Source: Tubiluchus corallicola
Lineage: Eukaryota; Animalia; Priapulida
DNA length: 64,000 nucleotides
Direction of reading: 5' to 3'
Assembly: GCA_030141605.1 (NCBI GenBank)
Contig: JAQGDQ010000242.1
Location: forward strand, 62,001-126,000
Shown here: piece by piece, positions 38,301 through 53,300 of the stretch
Position numbering within the stretch: position 1 is the first letter of the stretch
Layout: each line of letters opens with the position of its first letter
Made by a program: the position numbers and the translations under genes
Notes under the pieces: model-generated
What the model was told of the DNA's origin: nothing
Databases searched by the model: none
The model's input: the letters and a program-made list of their open reading frames with translations, nothing else

Positions 38301-41300
38301 TACAACAATATGTGATGTCGTCCTATGTTTGTAAATGTTTGAATATTTTGTGAGCACGTGTGTTATGTAAATGAACTGTGACAATTTGAACTATATATTT
38401 ACTCAATAAATAATTCAATTAATGGAGCAAGTTCTGCTGCAATCTCTGCAGTTACTGAAATCATTATGTTATCATACGGTATTTATGCGTCAGTTGCGTC
38501 TGACAGACAGCAAAAACACTTAGTTCGGCATCACGCAGATCTATATTTCTACAATAAACACAGGCGCGTTGAAAACGCTTATCATCCTTTCACAAAAATG
38601 TCCATTACGAATCTGTATCGTTTTATCCACTCCGTCCACTATCGGCTGATCGAACCGAAAACCTCTTGGATCGTTCAAAAAATCGTTTACGACGCGAAGC
38701 TGACACGGAGATAACGTACGACGGCGACAACGGGTTGTCAGACGATGAGAAATGCATCAGCTATGAATGTCCCACAGAAATCAGATAATTATAAAATCAC
38801 TAAAAGCGTCTGACTGCTTTAGATATTACGTTGCAACTTCTTAATAGGCATTTTGGGCCAATCATATAAAACCAAAGCGACAAGAAATCATATTGTGGTC
38901 GTATTCGTTTTCGAAATTGAGAAAAACCATTCCCATTCTGAAAACAAGAGATGACAAGCTGATATTGATCCAAGCCAACAGAGCAGCTAGATGAAAACAC
39001 GTTTCCTTCCTCTCTAGTGGTTTGTACAACAATAGAAAATATCAATTTTACACATTTTCTTCTTCAGTGCGCGTTGGGAGAAGACAGGGCAATAAATTGT
39101 AGTCGGCAGTTATAAGAAAGGAAGTCTGGTCTACTCAGGGGTTCTTTATTATGCACCATTGGCTTCATGAAGTAGATTACGATCATTACAGCAGGAGCAC
39201 AGGAGAATGCCATATATCCTTGCCCACCGCCTAAAACAAGCTCTTGTTTATGACTGGATATTAGCTCTTGTTTCTGACTGGATATTGCGAATTAGATATA
39301 CCCCTCGGACCCCTCCCCCCCAAAAAACTTGATTAGATTTTAGTTTGCTTAGTTAACAATTTTTGTAGCGACGTATTCTTTTTTCTTTTGATTCTCATAT
39401 GCCTTTACTTAACTTCGGTCAGATATGTCAGGATCAACTCCATATTTACATCATGCAGGAAGCCTTAGGCCTATATCTAACCAAGCAATTAGACGTTTAA
39501 GCAATCAGTTCCATGTTTTTGCCATGTACAGTGGATTGTACGGTACACCAAGCAGCATGGGCCAGTCTCTCATGTTTATAAGATGTAGCAAGGTACACCA
39601 AGCAGCATGGGCCAGTCTTTCATGTTTATAAGATGTAGCACGGCACACCAAGCAGCATGGGCCAGCGTCTCATGTTTATAAGATGTAGCATGGTACACCA
39701 AGCAGCATGGGCCAGCCTCTCATGTTTATAAGATGTAGCATGGTACACCAAGCAGCATGGGCCAGCCTCTCATGTTTATAAGATGTAGCATGGTACACCA
39801 AGCAGCATGGGCCAGCCTCTCATGTTTATAAGATGTAGCATGGTACACTAAGCAGCATGGGCCAGCCTCTCATGTTTATAAGATGTAGCATGGTACACCA
39901 AGTAGCATGGGCCAGCTTCTCATGTTTATAAGATGTAGCATGGTATACCAAGCAGCATGGGCCAGCCTCTCATGTTTATAAGATGTAGCATGGTATACAA
40001 GTAGCATGGGCCAGCCTCTCATGTTTATAATATGTAGCATGGTACACCAAGCAGCAAGGGCCAGCCTCTCATGTTTATAAGATGTAGCATGGTATACCAA
40101 GCAGCATGGGCCAGCCTCTCATGTTTATAAGATGTAGCATGGTACATAAAGCAGCATGGGCCAGCCTCTCATGTTTATAAGATGTAGCATGGGCCAGCCT
40201 CTCATATTTATAAGATGTAGCATGGTATACCAAGCAGCATGGGCCAGCCCCTCATGTTTATAAGATGTAGCATGGTACACCAAGCAGCATGGATCAGCCT
40301 TATCCGACGTACACATAGCATCACTATGCCTTATACGAAGCACAGAACAGATTCATGTATGAGCCGTAAACCACGCATTACGCTCACAAGTGTCCTGTTT
40401 ACAGTTTGTAGTATAGATCAGGCTTTGCCTCGTGTCTGTATCAGGATCTTTACATGCTATAGCATTGATGAACCTTTCACATCTGCCTCATGTAACATGG
40501 TCACTGTCCAGGCCTTGCGTTTCTCCTTTTTATCATGTGAATCAGTCTCACGCTTCCACCGCCCGCTTATGTCAGGAATTGTGGATCAGGCCCATGTTTG
40601 ATTAATTGATGACGGCGCTAACTAATTTATCAGACACGCGTCTACCGGAGGCGTGAACAGAGGACGTTTTGTCTGAAAGAGGAAATGACTGCAAGACACG
40701 TAACTTCAAGGTCCCGGACTGGCTTCGCGTGACGAATAGCTTTTACATGTCGGAGATCAAAGTCGGAAAACTTCTTACATTACACGTCAGGGAATTTTGA
40801 CAGATAAATCCTGTTCAGGTCTGTTTTAGAGCCGTACTACAGTTCTAAAAACGGCAAATCCGACACAAAACGAAAAGTGTTGCTCGACAAAAACTTCGGG
40901 CGTAGTGTAAAAAAACTTAAGTAAAGTAGATTACTACAACGCGACTTTAAATTCATAAAAATAAGGGAACGCCGTCTGACAAACTGCGACATCTCTATTG
41001 GTTTATGGTAACCTGATTTGCTATACCATATAAAACACCATACAGTGGAGACAAAGATGACAAAATGACATTTATTAAAAGACCATTTCAAAGTTATGTA
41101 AATTGTATGTATCAAACACACACGCGCACACGAACATGCACGCACGCACACGTATGCACGCACTTTCGATCAAACGACTGGAAGCAACTGGTAATTTTTT
41201 TAATCATTTTACATTATTAGCTTTGCAAAACCTGAATAGTCCTGCATAATCCAAACGTAGGCCAAGTGCGAGGTAAACAACTATGGCACACGTACAACTA

Positions 41301-44300
41301 AAGTTTAGCGTCCTTCAAAGTTCAAAGACGTAACTGGAGATAAACGACTATGACGTTCATCTATAGGTAAATGACTTGAGATATATCAGCACTCCAAGAT
41401 ACGTTTATAATTTCCAAGAAATTGAGCTCACATAAAGAAAGGACTCCACTATGACTCATTTCCTTAATAATGCAATAAATTCATTTGCATTCAACAATAA
41501 GTCACAAAAGTTACTAGACACAGTTAACCGAGCGAAAATGCTTAACATATTTTATTAGCAAATGAGTTTGTACAGTATGATTATTGACGGCTTAATACTG
41601 CATAAGCAGTAACGTAAATATGACGCCAATCAACGACGAAATATTAATCAAGCAAGTAAACTAGAAAATCCAAATTCAAACAGTAAACTGAAAATAAATC
41701 TAATCTGCATTAGACGCCATTTAATTAATTAAAAGTTGGAAAAATTTACGGAATTTAACCCAGGTTAACGCAATTACGCTGTTCAGTGCATTTAATTAGG
41801 AACAATTCATTAGCGCTGCCATTAACGTTGCAGAATTTGTACACTGGACTTTTCAGTTTATTACTGAGCTTTAAGTTCTTAGTGTAAGGTCAAGGTTAAA
41901 GGGACTGTTTGTCCACTGTGTATAATTTTATTGCTCAGGTCAAGGTGCTTACTGTAAGGTCAAGGTTAAAGAGACTGTTTGTACACTGCGTTTAATTTTG
42001 TTGCTCAGGTCAAGGTGCTTACTGTAAGGTCAAGGTCAAATATACCATTGAACAAGATGACAGCAGCATTTAAGCATAATTATCAAGAATGTTTTTCTAA
42101 TTAACTATTTAAGGAAGAAAAAAGTCAATAAGCAAACCAGCAAACAAATAAAGGAAGGAACTAAAGAAGGACAAAGAGACAGACAAACAAATGAACACTT
42201 AATGAAAACACAAACACACTGCAGTTAAGCGATACTGTCATAAATGATTGTAAACCTTTAGTAAGGTGGACATACGGACACGAAAATGGTCTCTTCCGGG
42301 ATAAGTAAATATTGATTTTGCATTATGTAAATTATGGCATTTCCTGAAACCTAACTCCACAAATCTTGGAAGCGTTATGAAAACATCACCTCTATCCAAT
42401 CACAAATGTTATTACATGTGCATATCAACACAACAGGCATGTCTAAACATGATGTGGTATAAATGAAACCATAACCCCCATATAAATAGCTTCTGTCCCC
42501 AAAACTACCGATTTGTGCACTGCACATAACTACATAGCAAAACAACTATATAATTTTGATTGGTTATTTAAGATGATAGACTCCCATTGCTAATTTATTA
42601 TATTCCTGATTTTTTCGCTTTTTTCAAATGATTTTCACATTGTGACAGGAGTTTCCTATTTTTTGCATAAACAAATCTATATAAAACATACACAACTGTC
42701 AATGAAGCAATAAGCTGCTTAACTCTAAATTCTTCTGTACACGTATTAACAAAAATTAATACTTATTCACACCTACTACAGACAGTTAAATAAGATACAC
42801 TTACAATTGTAAAAATAACATTACCTACTTTTACAAATAAGCATTATAATAAATGAAATAACTGATGTTAATTGGACAGATTACATAGGAAAAGTAGTAA
42901 CTTAAAAATAAGCTAGAAAAATGAAACGACAAGCCAGGCATAATTACAACAAGATTAAGAACAGTGACATAGTTTAAAAGAAAGCGTCTCCCCTATTCCA
43001 CCTACTTGATCAATTAAAAAAAAACAACGGGCAAAACCAAAACTCAAAATTTGATCTTATGACATTGAAGCTCAATGGCTTCCTCATTAATGCTGATTTA
43101 TAGGGCGCCATGTTAAATCTTTATTATCAGAGCGTGTCACAGAGATAAACACTGGTGAGCCGAGTACATATTTATGATAGAAGGTGTTTACATTGTACAC
43201 ATTAGCCGACAAAGTTCCTCTTGATCAGTAGAGCTTAACAGCCTTAGTTATTATTCCACACAAACTCAGCCCATAGCTACACTAACAGCTAGTGAAATAG
43301 ACTAAGGAACGACCAAGATTATTGCTGAGCTTATTCAACAGAACCTTAATATAACAGATGATTTCAGCTACCAGGCTATATTAGGTTTAAATGTAATTCT
43401 GCAAAAGTGATTAAATGATCACAAACCGTTGTTTTTGATGTTTGTAAAATGCTAGTATTCAGTGCTTTTTTAAGTTATCATATCTGTTATAGCAATGCTT
43501 GCCTTAATATATATATATATATATACTTTTGTTACTGGTAATATATTTGTTTTAAAAGAAATGCTAACGGGGTACGAGTTCTAGACACTTCAGTTACTAA
43601 ACACCTAAGAAATTTCTAGAAAGTTTCACTGAAACAGCTTTGGATAGTGAAAACCACTCAGAATTGTTTTTGTACTTTTCATTAAAATTTATATGGTTCA
43701 TTACATGGTCAATCGTTAAATAGGAATTAAGCCAATGTATTCATTTAAATTGTGAATAAACTAATACCTTATATGAATGGCAAAATATTTCACCAATTAA
43801 AGGAAATTTTCAAAACCAATCCAGTCAAACCCTCAAACACATTAGTACTGAGTCTATGATTAGTTAATATTATTACTACATTTATTCTGTGTCAGCCAAT
43901 GTGACCTTCAGTATAATGTGACTCTCTAAATTAAACTTGATGTACATTTCTCTCCTATAGACAATTGATAGATTTAATACCTGCTATCAACAGCGCTAAC
44001 ACCCAATTCAAAAGTCATGAACCAAAAATCACAAAACATTTACTAACCTATTTACTTATTTCAAATGGCATGCAAGAAATAGCAATTAATATCTGAATAA
44101 AACACTTTTTCTAAGCCACATACAGTGAACTTACCATAAACGTGTCTAACCAAACGTTGACTTGCTCACTGTCCTCCAGAACACCTTCTTTAGAGATTTC
44201 ATCTTCAATGTCCTTGGTCCTCGTCTCTGTTTCTGACAGCCAGACGAAGAACTTGGCAAGAGCAGCATCAAACTGTTGCAGAACATTGAGAGAATTCTGC

Positions 44301-47300
44301 ACATTCTTCTGTCTGCCAGTTAGACTGAAAATGGAAAAGTATAAAATCATGAGGTTACAGTTTAAATGAATGGACAAGTGTAAAATCGTGAGGTTACAGT
44401 TTAAATGAATGGACAAGTATAAAATCATGAGGTTACAGTTTAAATGAATGGACCAGTATAAAATCATGAGGTTACAGTTTAAATGAATGGACCAGTATAA
44501 AATCATGAGGTTACAGTTAAAATGAATGGACAAGTATAAAATCAAGACGGTAAAGTTTAAATGAATTGACTATGTCATTACTACTTTAAAATGGTATCAT
44601 AAACATAAACATCTAACTGCAATCGTGATTGCAGGCCAAGAAATAAGCATCAGTGAGCGCTACTGAAGGTCAAGAACAATGAGGTCTCCACGAAGAACAA
44701 CCTTGTTAATCATTAGGGGAAGTCAAAACTTGTGAAGATCAACAACAACAACAGAACTGCAACAATGGCAACGACAGCAACAACAGCAGTGCAGTGGCGG
44801 CTGCAATGACGATGATGATGACAACGACAACAACAACAATAACATCTAGAACAGTAGTTATCTGGATCGAGTCACTTGACCAAAAATTGTCCGAAAGTCA
44901 AAATTACCATACAGATTAAAAATGAATGATAAGTCGCCATAACTCCAAGGTACAAACTAAATCCCACAGCCAAACTCCTATTCTTCAGCAGTTAGTCGAT
45001 TAAGAAAGAGAGAAAAAATTGATTTGATTTGCTTTTTGAACATAGAGCTTATAAAAATATTCACATTTCAATTCGTTATCTTATAACCCTGTACATTCCG
45101 GGTTCGAGGATATCAAACCGTGAAATATCAACAGATGTTAAAATAAATCATCTTAAAACATAACGGTGGTCAATATGATCAAACAACATCAGTAAAACCA
45201 GAAAGATTTGGCAAAAATCAAGAACCAACCTGAAATGCAAAATCAACGTGAAGATCAAATTCTTCCCAAAAATTAAAATGCCATTGATGAAAATCAAAAA
45301 TCATCACAAAAAGTCAAAATTATCATGAAAATGAAAAATCATCTTTCAAAGTTAAAAAATAAAAAAACGCAAAAATTCACAGGCATGTCCAAAATCGTCT
45401 ACAATGGTGGATAGATGAAAAATCATGCTAAAGACATAAGAAAACAAAAACCATTGCAAAAATCAGAAGCTATCAAGAAGAATAAATCACTAAAGAAATC
45501 AAAAAAAAAATTCTGAAAGCTAAAAGTCACAGCTGAAGGTCATAAACCACACTGAAAGTCAAAGCTCATTGATCATTACCCAAGATGATTTCTCAGATTG
45601 CACAGGAATGAAGCTTTATGTTTAAAAAACAGTCAAATAACAAATATGTTGGAAGTCCAGTTATTCTTCTTTCCAAGGGTGAAAATGAAGAAAAAGAAAT
45701 CGTAGTAACAATTAAAAAATACCAGTCATCAAAAGATGAAGCAAAACACTACAGCTACCAATGTGAAAAGACGAAGACTGTACTTTAGTCATCAATTCCA
45801 GAAATGTACTTTTTTGCACAAAGTACAATAATAACCATATGTGAGCCACACAACAAGACAGCAGGAAACCCTGGCAATTATACGTTATTTGCCCATTAAA
45901 CATTCATATGTCTCGCACTTAGCCAGGGTTAGCATCATCAGCAATGGACCACTCTGAAGAAGAAGATGATGATGACTGATGCAGGGGAAAATCAATCGAA
46001 TTCCACTTGGTCGATGCTAAATGCGATAATCAGCAAATGATTACTCGAGCATCTTCCGCAACCGGAAAACACGGGAAGACGCAGGAAGCTTGATGGCAAT
46101 TTTTAGAAAGAGCCGAAGGTCTCGTTTTCGTTCCAATTAGTTTGATAGCCTAGGTTGCGGGGAGTTTGAAAACCAACGTCCAATTTTGAGGAAAATAGCT
46201 TGTATTAGGAAGGCTGATTACGAAGCTTGTAATTCACATTTGCAGAGTATAAAAAGCTTCAACAAACACCTTACAATATGTACAGTGTTACTACCTTTGT
46301 TACTTGTAAGCCTAGATGTCTGGGTTTGTGTCTAAATTTTCATCGTATATAGAAAGGAGTAAATAATTGTAAATGTAATGTATGATGGATGTAAATATGT
46401 CACTTTAATAAATATTTTCTTATTCTCACTCACTCACACTTTTATGTGACTTAATTCTATGTGATTTAATAGTGAAACAGTTTACTAGTATGCATATTGT
46501 GAGCATATTTTAATTTATTTACTGTATTCCTGTATTTGAAGTAAAGTATTTACTGGGCTGTATTGCTGCATTAGAAGTAAAGTATTTACTGGGCTGTATT
46601 CCTGTATTAGAAGTAAAGTATTTACTGGGCTGTATTGCTGCATTAGAAGTAAAGTATTTACTGGGCTGAATTCCTGTATTAGAAGAAAAGTATTTACTAG
46701 GCTGTATTCCTGTATTAGAAGAAAAGTATTTACTGGGCTGTATTCCTGTATTAGAAGTAAAGTATTTACTGGGCTGTATTGCTGCATTAGAAGTAAAGTA
46801 TTTACTGGGCTTTATTGCTGCATTAGAAGTAAAGTAGTTACTGTATTACAAGTAAAGGCATAAAAAGCTATGGGGTGATTGTAACATTCCTATACGTCTC
46901 ATCCAGTCATTAGGGGACACGACCTTTCAATAGCCTTAGTCTTCTAGCTTATGTTGATCTCTGATAATGAAAAAGCTCAGTCTACTGAAATACATTTATA
47001 CTGAATGTATTTGTATTGATAATGCACGTAAATGAATGTCGAAATGAATGAAGATGAATGAATGAACGAATGTTATTATGTAAAGGCCAAGAACGAAATG
47101 ATTAATTTACTGGCATTCCCTGCAAGCTTTTACAAAATCAGAAACATGTACTACAATCGCATACATTTGGAATGATGACATATACATAAGTCATATAATT
47201 CTTCCTTGCAGAGACCCTTTACAGATCCAGCAAATTGTAGGCAGTAATACAGCATAATTATAACACGATTAATTTCTTCTCTGTGGTATGTACCGTTATG

Positions 47301-50300
47301 CGGGTTTTTAGAATTTCATTACTGCACAATACAATAAATAATAATAACCTTTATTTAAAATCGGGTTTAAATTCAACAGACAATGCAAGCCAACCCTGAA
47401 GCTTTTATTGCCTACTGTAAATAACAAACTACACCTACATAACTAAAAAATTATATTATTATCCAAATTTTACCCTGAATACCACGCACCAGGCAGGGCA
47501 ACTGGTAACATTTTTAAAGTTTTTGGTATAACTTTAAAATCATACCTACAATGCAGTACTGAACTCACGACCTCCTAGACGGAAAGCGGACATGTTACCA
47601 TTAGACTATACCTACTTTCTGAGTGCAGTATAAATTAATATTGCACGTTAAACAATCAATTAATAAAAAGAATAACTCGTTTTCGCCGTTTAAAATAAAA
47701 ATGTAATGTCGGTCATGTTACAGCAGATGAGTGCATGACAATTACTAAAGTATAATTAATGAAAAATAAAAACCATACTTTCCATGCCGCTTGTTTCCGC
47801 TCCTAACTGCTGCTACAGCTGACATGGTGACAATGTAGAGGGTTAAAAATCTCTAATTTCTCTTGCCTAAACTTCACTGCCAATGTACAAATGTTACACC
47901 AACTGCGGTTAATATGTCGCGACAACAATGCTTTACCAACTTCAATGCTTGGGGCTTCACGGCACAGAACGGTCAAAGTGTCAAATCGTTTTAGATAACT
48001 CAGATGTCTAAAGGTTGTTTCAAACCGAATCTACAGCATTATTTGTTCGACGGATAAACTTCGGAAACGCCACAGAGCTGAAGTATCTGTTCAAATATTA
48101 TCATTCGCTGCATCCCCGCCGCGCGTTTTAATAATTCACACAGATGAAAATATTTTATCAGAAATGATCGCAAAATTTGAGACGAACACGTGAGTTAACC
48201 GAAGCGATAAGAGAGACGTCACGCACGTTTCAAACAGAAGTCAACACTTTTACAAGCACAGACTGGAAAAGCTACAGTGATGAATTATAGATTAATGGCG
48301 CCGTACAGAGAAGCTGATTTAGCTACTGCACACTCATCTAATGCACTAATGCAATGAACACATCTAAATATATAAGAGCAATTTCATGCAGAGCAATCTT
48401 GCCGGGAGCGGATGACGGATAAAGACAGAGAGAATTACTCGTAGCTCTGCGCGCCAATCTCGGACGCTGACAGGAGCAGCTTCACTGCAGAGAGGGGATG
48501 TGCTTGACAGGAGATGCGCCTGACGAGCTGGCTTCTCCTTCAAGAGGGGCAGACGCGTTCTCGTTTTGAAAGTTTCACGGTGAGAACTACAAAGATCATA
48601 CCACAAATGGGCAATGGTCCCCATAAAGGTAAACTGCATACGAGAAACAGTTGAGTTTTGCCAACCTGCAGCGCTCCTCCCAGGCGAAGGAGAGTGTATT
48701 TGGAGACTTCCCAGCAAAATGAGCACGTCAACTTACAGTTGCATGGCTTCATTTTGACAAGCATACAATGGAATTGCTGTCAGTGCAATTATTCCGTTAT
48801 TGGGTGATCACAAATCTGATCATTCCTAATGATTAGATAGATGCCTTCATTTGCTTAGCTTAGGCAAGCCAACTGATTACTCTAAACTACTGCTGCTACT
48901 TGGGTATTAATGTATTTGAACAAAAGTAATCGTGGTACAGTTAAAGGCAAGTCTAACAAAAGTAATATTTAAATACAATGAGCAGGACCAAAACTCCCAA
49001 ATTGGTGATCGCAAAATTTCTTACTTTAAGCTGCATTTTTTCATGGAATTTGGCGTTTTTTGCAAGCTGGAATGCAGTACTCGGTGGCATGGCTCATCTG
49101 ATGTGGATGGTTGTGGCAAGACAGGAATCTAGCTTACTATCAGAATAATACTCAAAGATCAGAACACTGAACTGAACCAATGAGTGTTTCAGTAACGATT
49201 GATTTCGTATACACGCTCCTTCAAATAGGAATTTCAGACGAAACTGCTTACCAGCCACCTATCCATTTAATGATAAGGCTCGCCACTGCTTAACTCTGAT
49301 AGGTAAGTATATTCCCCTCATCAAAAAAGTGATATTTTGGGGCAAGTAACTGTAATGTAAAACAGCATGAGACCCACTGTTTCTTCTGTTTTGTTTCTCC
49401 TTCCAATGCTGTTATTATTGTACGTGAACTTTAATTGAGCCCTATAATTATCCCGTAAATGTTTGTGCCTTTGAAGCCAGTTGCACCAAAAAGTAAACGC
49501 CTCTTATCAAGCAGGAAGAACATTTCGTCAAACATCCAATATTGACAGATTCTTTTCTTCGCCAGCTTTTTATCAGCACTCAATGAAGACAAAGTAGAAA
49601 TCGTTTTTGAACTTGTTAGATAAAAATATAGAGAAATGAAATCAAACAAATGTATTGGGCGTAATAACTAGTTTGATTAGTTTCTGCTCCAGCCAATATC
49701 AGAGAAATGAAATCAATCACAATGTATGGACTTCGGCTTCGCAACAGACCATGATGGCTCAATTAAATCAGATTGTCTGGCAACGCAATTAATGTAATGT
49801 GCTGAGACGTTTCACTTGTCCCAGTGATGTCGGATGCTTCGTTTCCCAGCAGGCAATAAACATTGAAGATAGCTGTCTGTGGTTAATTCGTTATAAAAAA
49901 ATTTGACTTGAAAATGTATTTGAAGCTTAAGCCCTACAATTATGCGGTAAATGTTTGTGTCTTTAAAGCCACGGAAAAAAGGAAACGCTTCTTATCAGCC
50001 AGGGAGAACATTTCATCGCACCATCAATTGTAATTCCGAAGAATAAATTTTACGATGTTCATAAGCAAAGTTGTGTTACCTCAGCGTTCACAGTACTGAA
50101 AAGAGAAATTTTTGTTTCATTGTAGGAGCTGTCCTGTCCCTGGATAAAGTCCCGTAAGAATTTTTAACACTGATGGACCAGACCACTTGAACCATTTAGT
50201 ATAGGCAGGATTTTTAAAAATGGCGCAATAGTTGAGCAGAAAGGTGAAAAACTCACACACACGCTTTGCTGTAAAAGCTTGCAACTACGCAGAATGCTAG

Positions 50301-53300
50301 AATCCATTAATATGATCAATTTTGTAAGCGGATCTAAATAAGACTACGGCTAGCTTACGAAGGCCATATCTTAGCTACTAGAACAGGAAGTATGGTGATT
50401 TTGGTTAAATTGACAGGACACAAATTGTCATTTTATTTATACTGTCATGCATTTGCGCCGCCATTTTGGCAGGCATCTTAGCTTTATTATTGAAATGATA
50501 CCTATGCAAAAATTTACTTAGTAAAAATGAATTCTTTGACAAATAAAACCAACATTTGGACACTAAAATCACCATCCTATCTGCAATAGAAAATGCGATA
50601 AGGCGAGTGTAGTAGAAGCCGTATTTGCGGCCATCTTGGCAGCAGTCTAGTCCTAAATGGGATGGCAATACAGGAGGCTTTAAAGTATCAAAAGTAGATT
50701 CCTTCGTCTTGCAAATCAATATTTATGCACCAAAAATCATCATCATTCCACCACTAATAGCCTACATATGGCCTTTGTTGGACGCATCGAAAATAGCGAC
50801 CATAATGGAATATTTTCAATTGGCATATAAGAGGGTCAGACATTAAATATCATTAAAGAATAAACTAATACAATACGCTTAATTATAATAAAATTTGAAG
50901 CAAATAAAAAACTAATTTCTTTCAAAATAGGCAATTTTTGCCATTTTCAAAAATGGTTCTAAATTTGAGTGGCCAGACACCTTTCTGTGACATCTACGCA
51001 ATATTTTTATTATTTACAAGGATAACACTAATGACCACTACAAGTTTCTTTAGTCAGTCCAAAAATACCAAAGCAAGTCTATCCAGGAACCTGACTAGAA
51101 ATTTCAAAAGTCCGTTTAGCCATTTACGCAAATTATGAAGACTGCTTGCTTTGGAATTGGACAAGAAATGCATGCAAAACTCAAAGAAAACTCAAAGTAC
51201 GTTTAACTTTCTCCTTTCCGCTTCCCCTATTTTTGTAATTAGATGTATTGGAAACAAATACAATCTATCCGCTAGATTCTCTGGAGTAATTTGATACAAA
51301 TCAAATTGCCATGAAACAAGTTTAATTTCATTTTGAAACAATAAACTGCTCAGAGAGTCAGTCAGTGTATTATAGTGCTGGTAGTGCTGGAGGGGGGATA
51401 TAAAGTGTTATTAACAAAGTCATATAATCTTGTATATTGAACCATTTCATAATATACACGTTGGTAAATTTAAACTGGAATATGATTACTAATGATCGAT
51501 TACGAATCATTGATTAGTGACTTAGATTAGATAGTTCCAGAGCAAATGCATGACCAGGAAAAGCTCTCTCTCTCAATGATCCCTCTATAAAAACAATTTG
51601 CAGAGAATACTCAAAACGATTTCAATTCGACATGCATGGAATTGACGCTGAAATTGCTGTAAAACGCATTCTAATGGATAAAACAAAACCAATTCCGAAT
51701 TCCCGTCGTTTCGACGAAATGTCAGTTGGAACAGGGCGAATCAATAGCCAAAGTACAGCAGCGTGCAGTTGCTTAATCACTGGAATCAGACTGGCGACTA
51801 ACTGGATGATATTCTTTAGTAATTAGGCATGCGTTTGATGGGTAATTTGCATTGCAAGATTGATGGTGGACCGGTCTCTCTCTCTCTCTCTCTCTCTTTG
51901 ATGGATGGGTTTGGACAGAAATGGTAGGAGACGCAAAGTTGCAATGGTGAATCAATTCAATGCCAATTTAACAATAGTGAATTAAACCTTCACAAATGGA
52001 CAATGTTGATTTTTTAGCATGCATTGAGTATTGTGCAGTACAATGCTATAGCTAGTCATAATAGTCAGCATGAAAGATACAGAACTTAAAGGAAAGGTCA
52101 AGTCTTTTTGAAAGTTAGGCTTATTTCAATGTTTGTGAAAAAGTCAGAAGGATTTAATAATAAAAGTTAGATAAGCATCTCTTGTAACTAGTAAAATAAC
52201 TTTAAAGTCGTGTTCATTTCACGCTTGGGCGGTTCTATGTTGAAAACCCATTTTTCTACCAACAGCGTTGTCCATTGGAGCACCCCATTGTCAATTTTCG
52301 TCAAAAGTAAAATAAGTTTTTAGAAAACAATTAGATAGCCAATTTTGTGACATTCTTGCATGAACAATAGGTAAGCTGCAGAAACCTGAATTAGCTTAAG
52401 CAGCACGTGCTTACGGTAAGTTACGAAGCACTTACAAAAAGTCTCGAAGTTCAATTATGTCATAATTTTCAAGTGAAAGCCGGCCACCGTGTTTGAAAAT
52501 TTCTATACAGCGATAATATAAATTAGCTTTATGTATTATAGACGGTTTTTTTGCAAATTTCTTTGTTATATTGTTCTAAGTTTAAGTGATAACAGTAAAA
52601 TAAACTCAACGTGTTAAGTGACTTGTCCTTTCCTTTAAGATACAGACAGAAGACTGCTTGACCAAGGTTACAATGTAGAATATCCTTTTTCTCAATGTCA
52701 CTCAGAGTCAAGTTTCCATGTGTCAATGGAAAACCCTGTTTATTTTCGATTAAAACACCTTGTCACCGCTTCCATCAGAAAATATAAGGAAAAAACTTGA
52801 GGCAAAATTAAAATAACTTTTATAGGTTTAGAAAGATCACTTATGCGACTTCCTCGTAGCAAAAAATCCACAAGCTTGGTGCTAAAAAATGTAACCTAGC
52901 ATTCGCGACAAAAGGTTGATAGGTTAAGGTGAATGAATTGCTTCTTTTTTCTTCTAATAATTAACAAAAATGCACAAGCTGATATACCAAAACAAAGAGA
53001 CAAGAAATCTAAATAGCAGTGATGATAATGTGCTGAAACCTAGGTCAAAGGTCAAAAGTCACACAGATGCAAAATTCAAAATCCAGGTTTAGGAAAAACC
53101 ATTTTACTCATTTCTTTTAATCATGGACTCATGTCTATAATAGGTCACACACAGATACAGCCATACAAAGGGAAAAAATGGGTTGCAATTTTCACATTTT
53201 CCCATCAGCTTTCAGAATTTCAATGTTTCAGCACCTGGAAAACAATAGCTTCCATAGGATATACTTTAGCTTTAGTAAGACAACACACTTCAACAATTTA

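Noticed and set aside
39542-40298. CRISPR-like array and repetitive ORFs (39876-40100, 40125-40343)
   Set aside because: Units are head-to-tail with no unique spacers, no cas genes, eukaryotic context; ORFs are repeat artefacts.
44325-44545. N-terminal repeat part of the 144-aa ORF
   Set aside because: 39-bp intronic repeat upstream of the acceptor at 44325.
46515-46787. ORF of repeated [11 protein letters not shown]
   Set aside because: Translation of a 36-bp minisatellite; no exon evidence.
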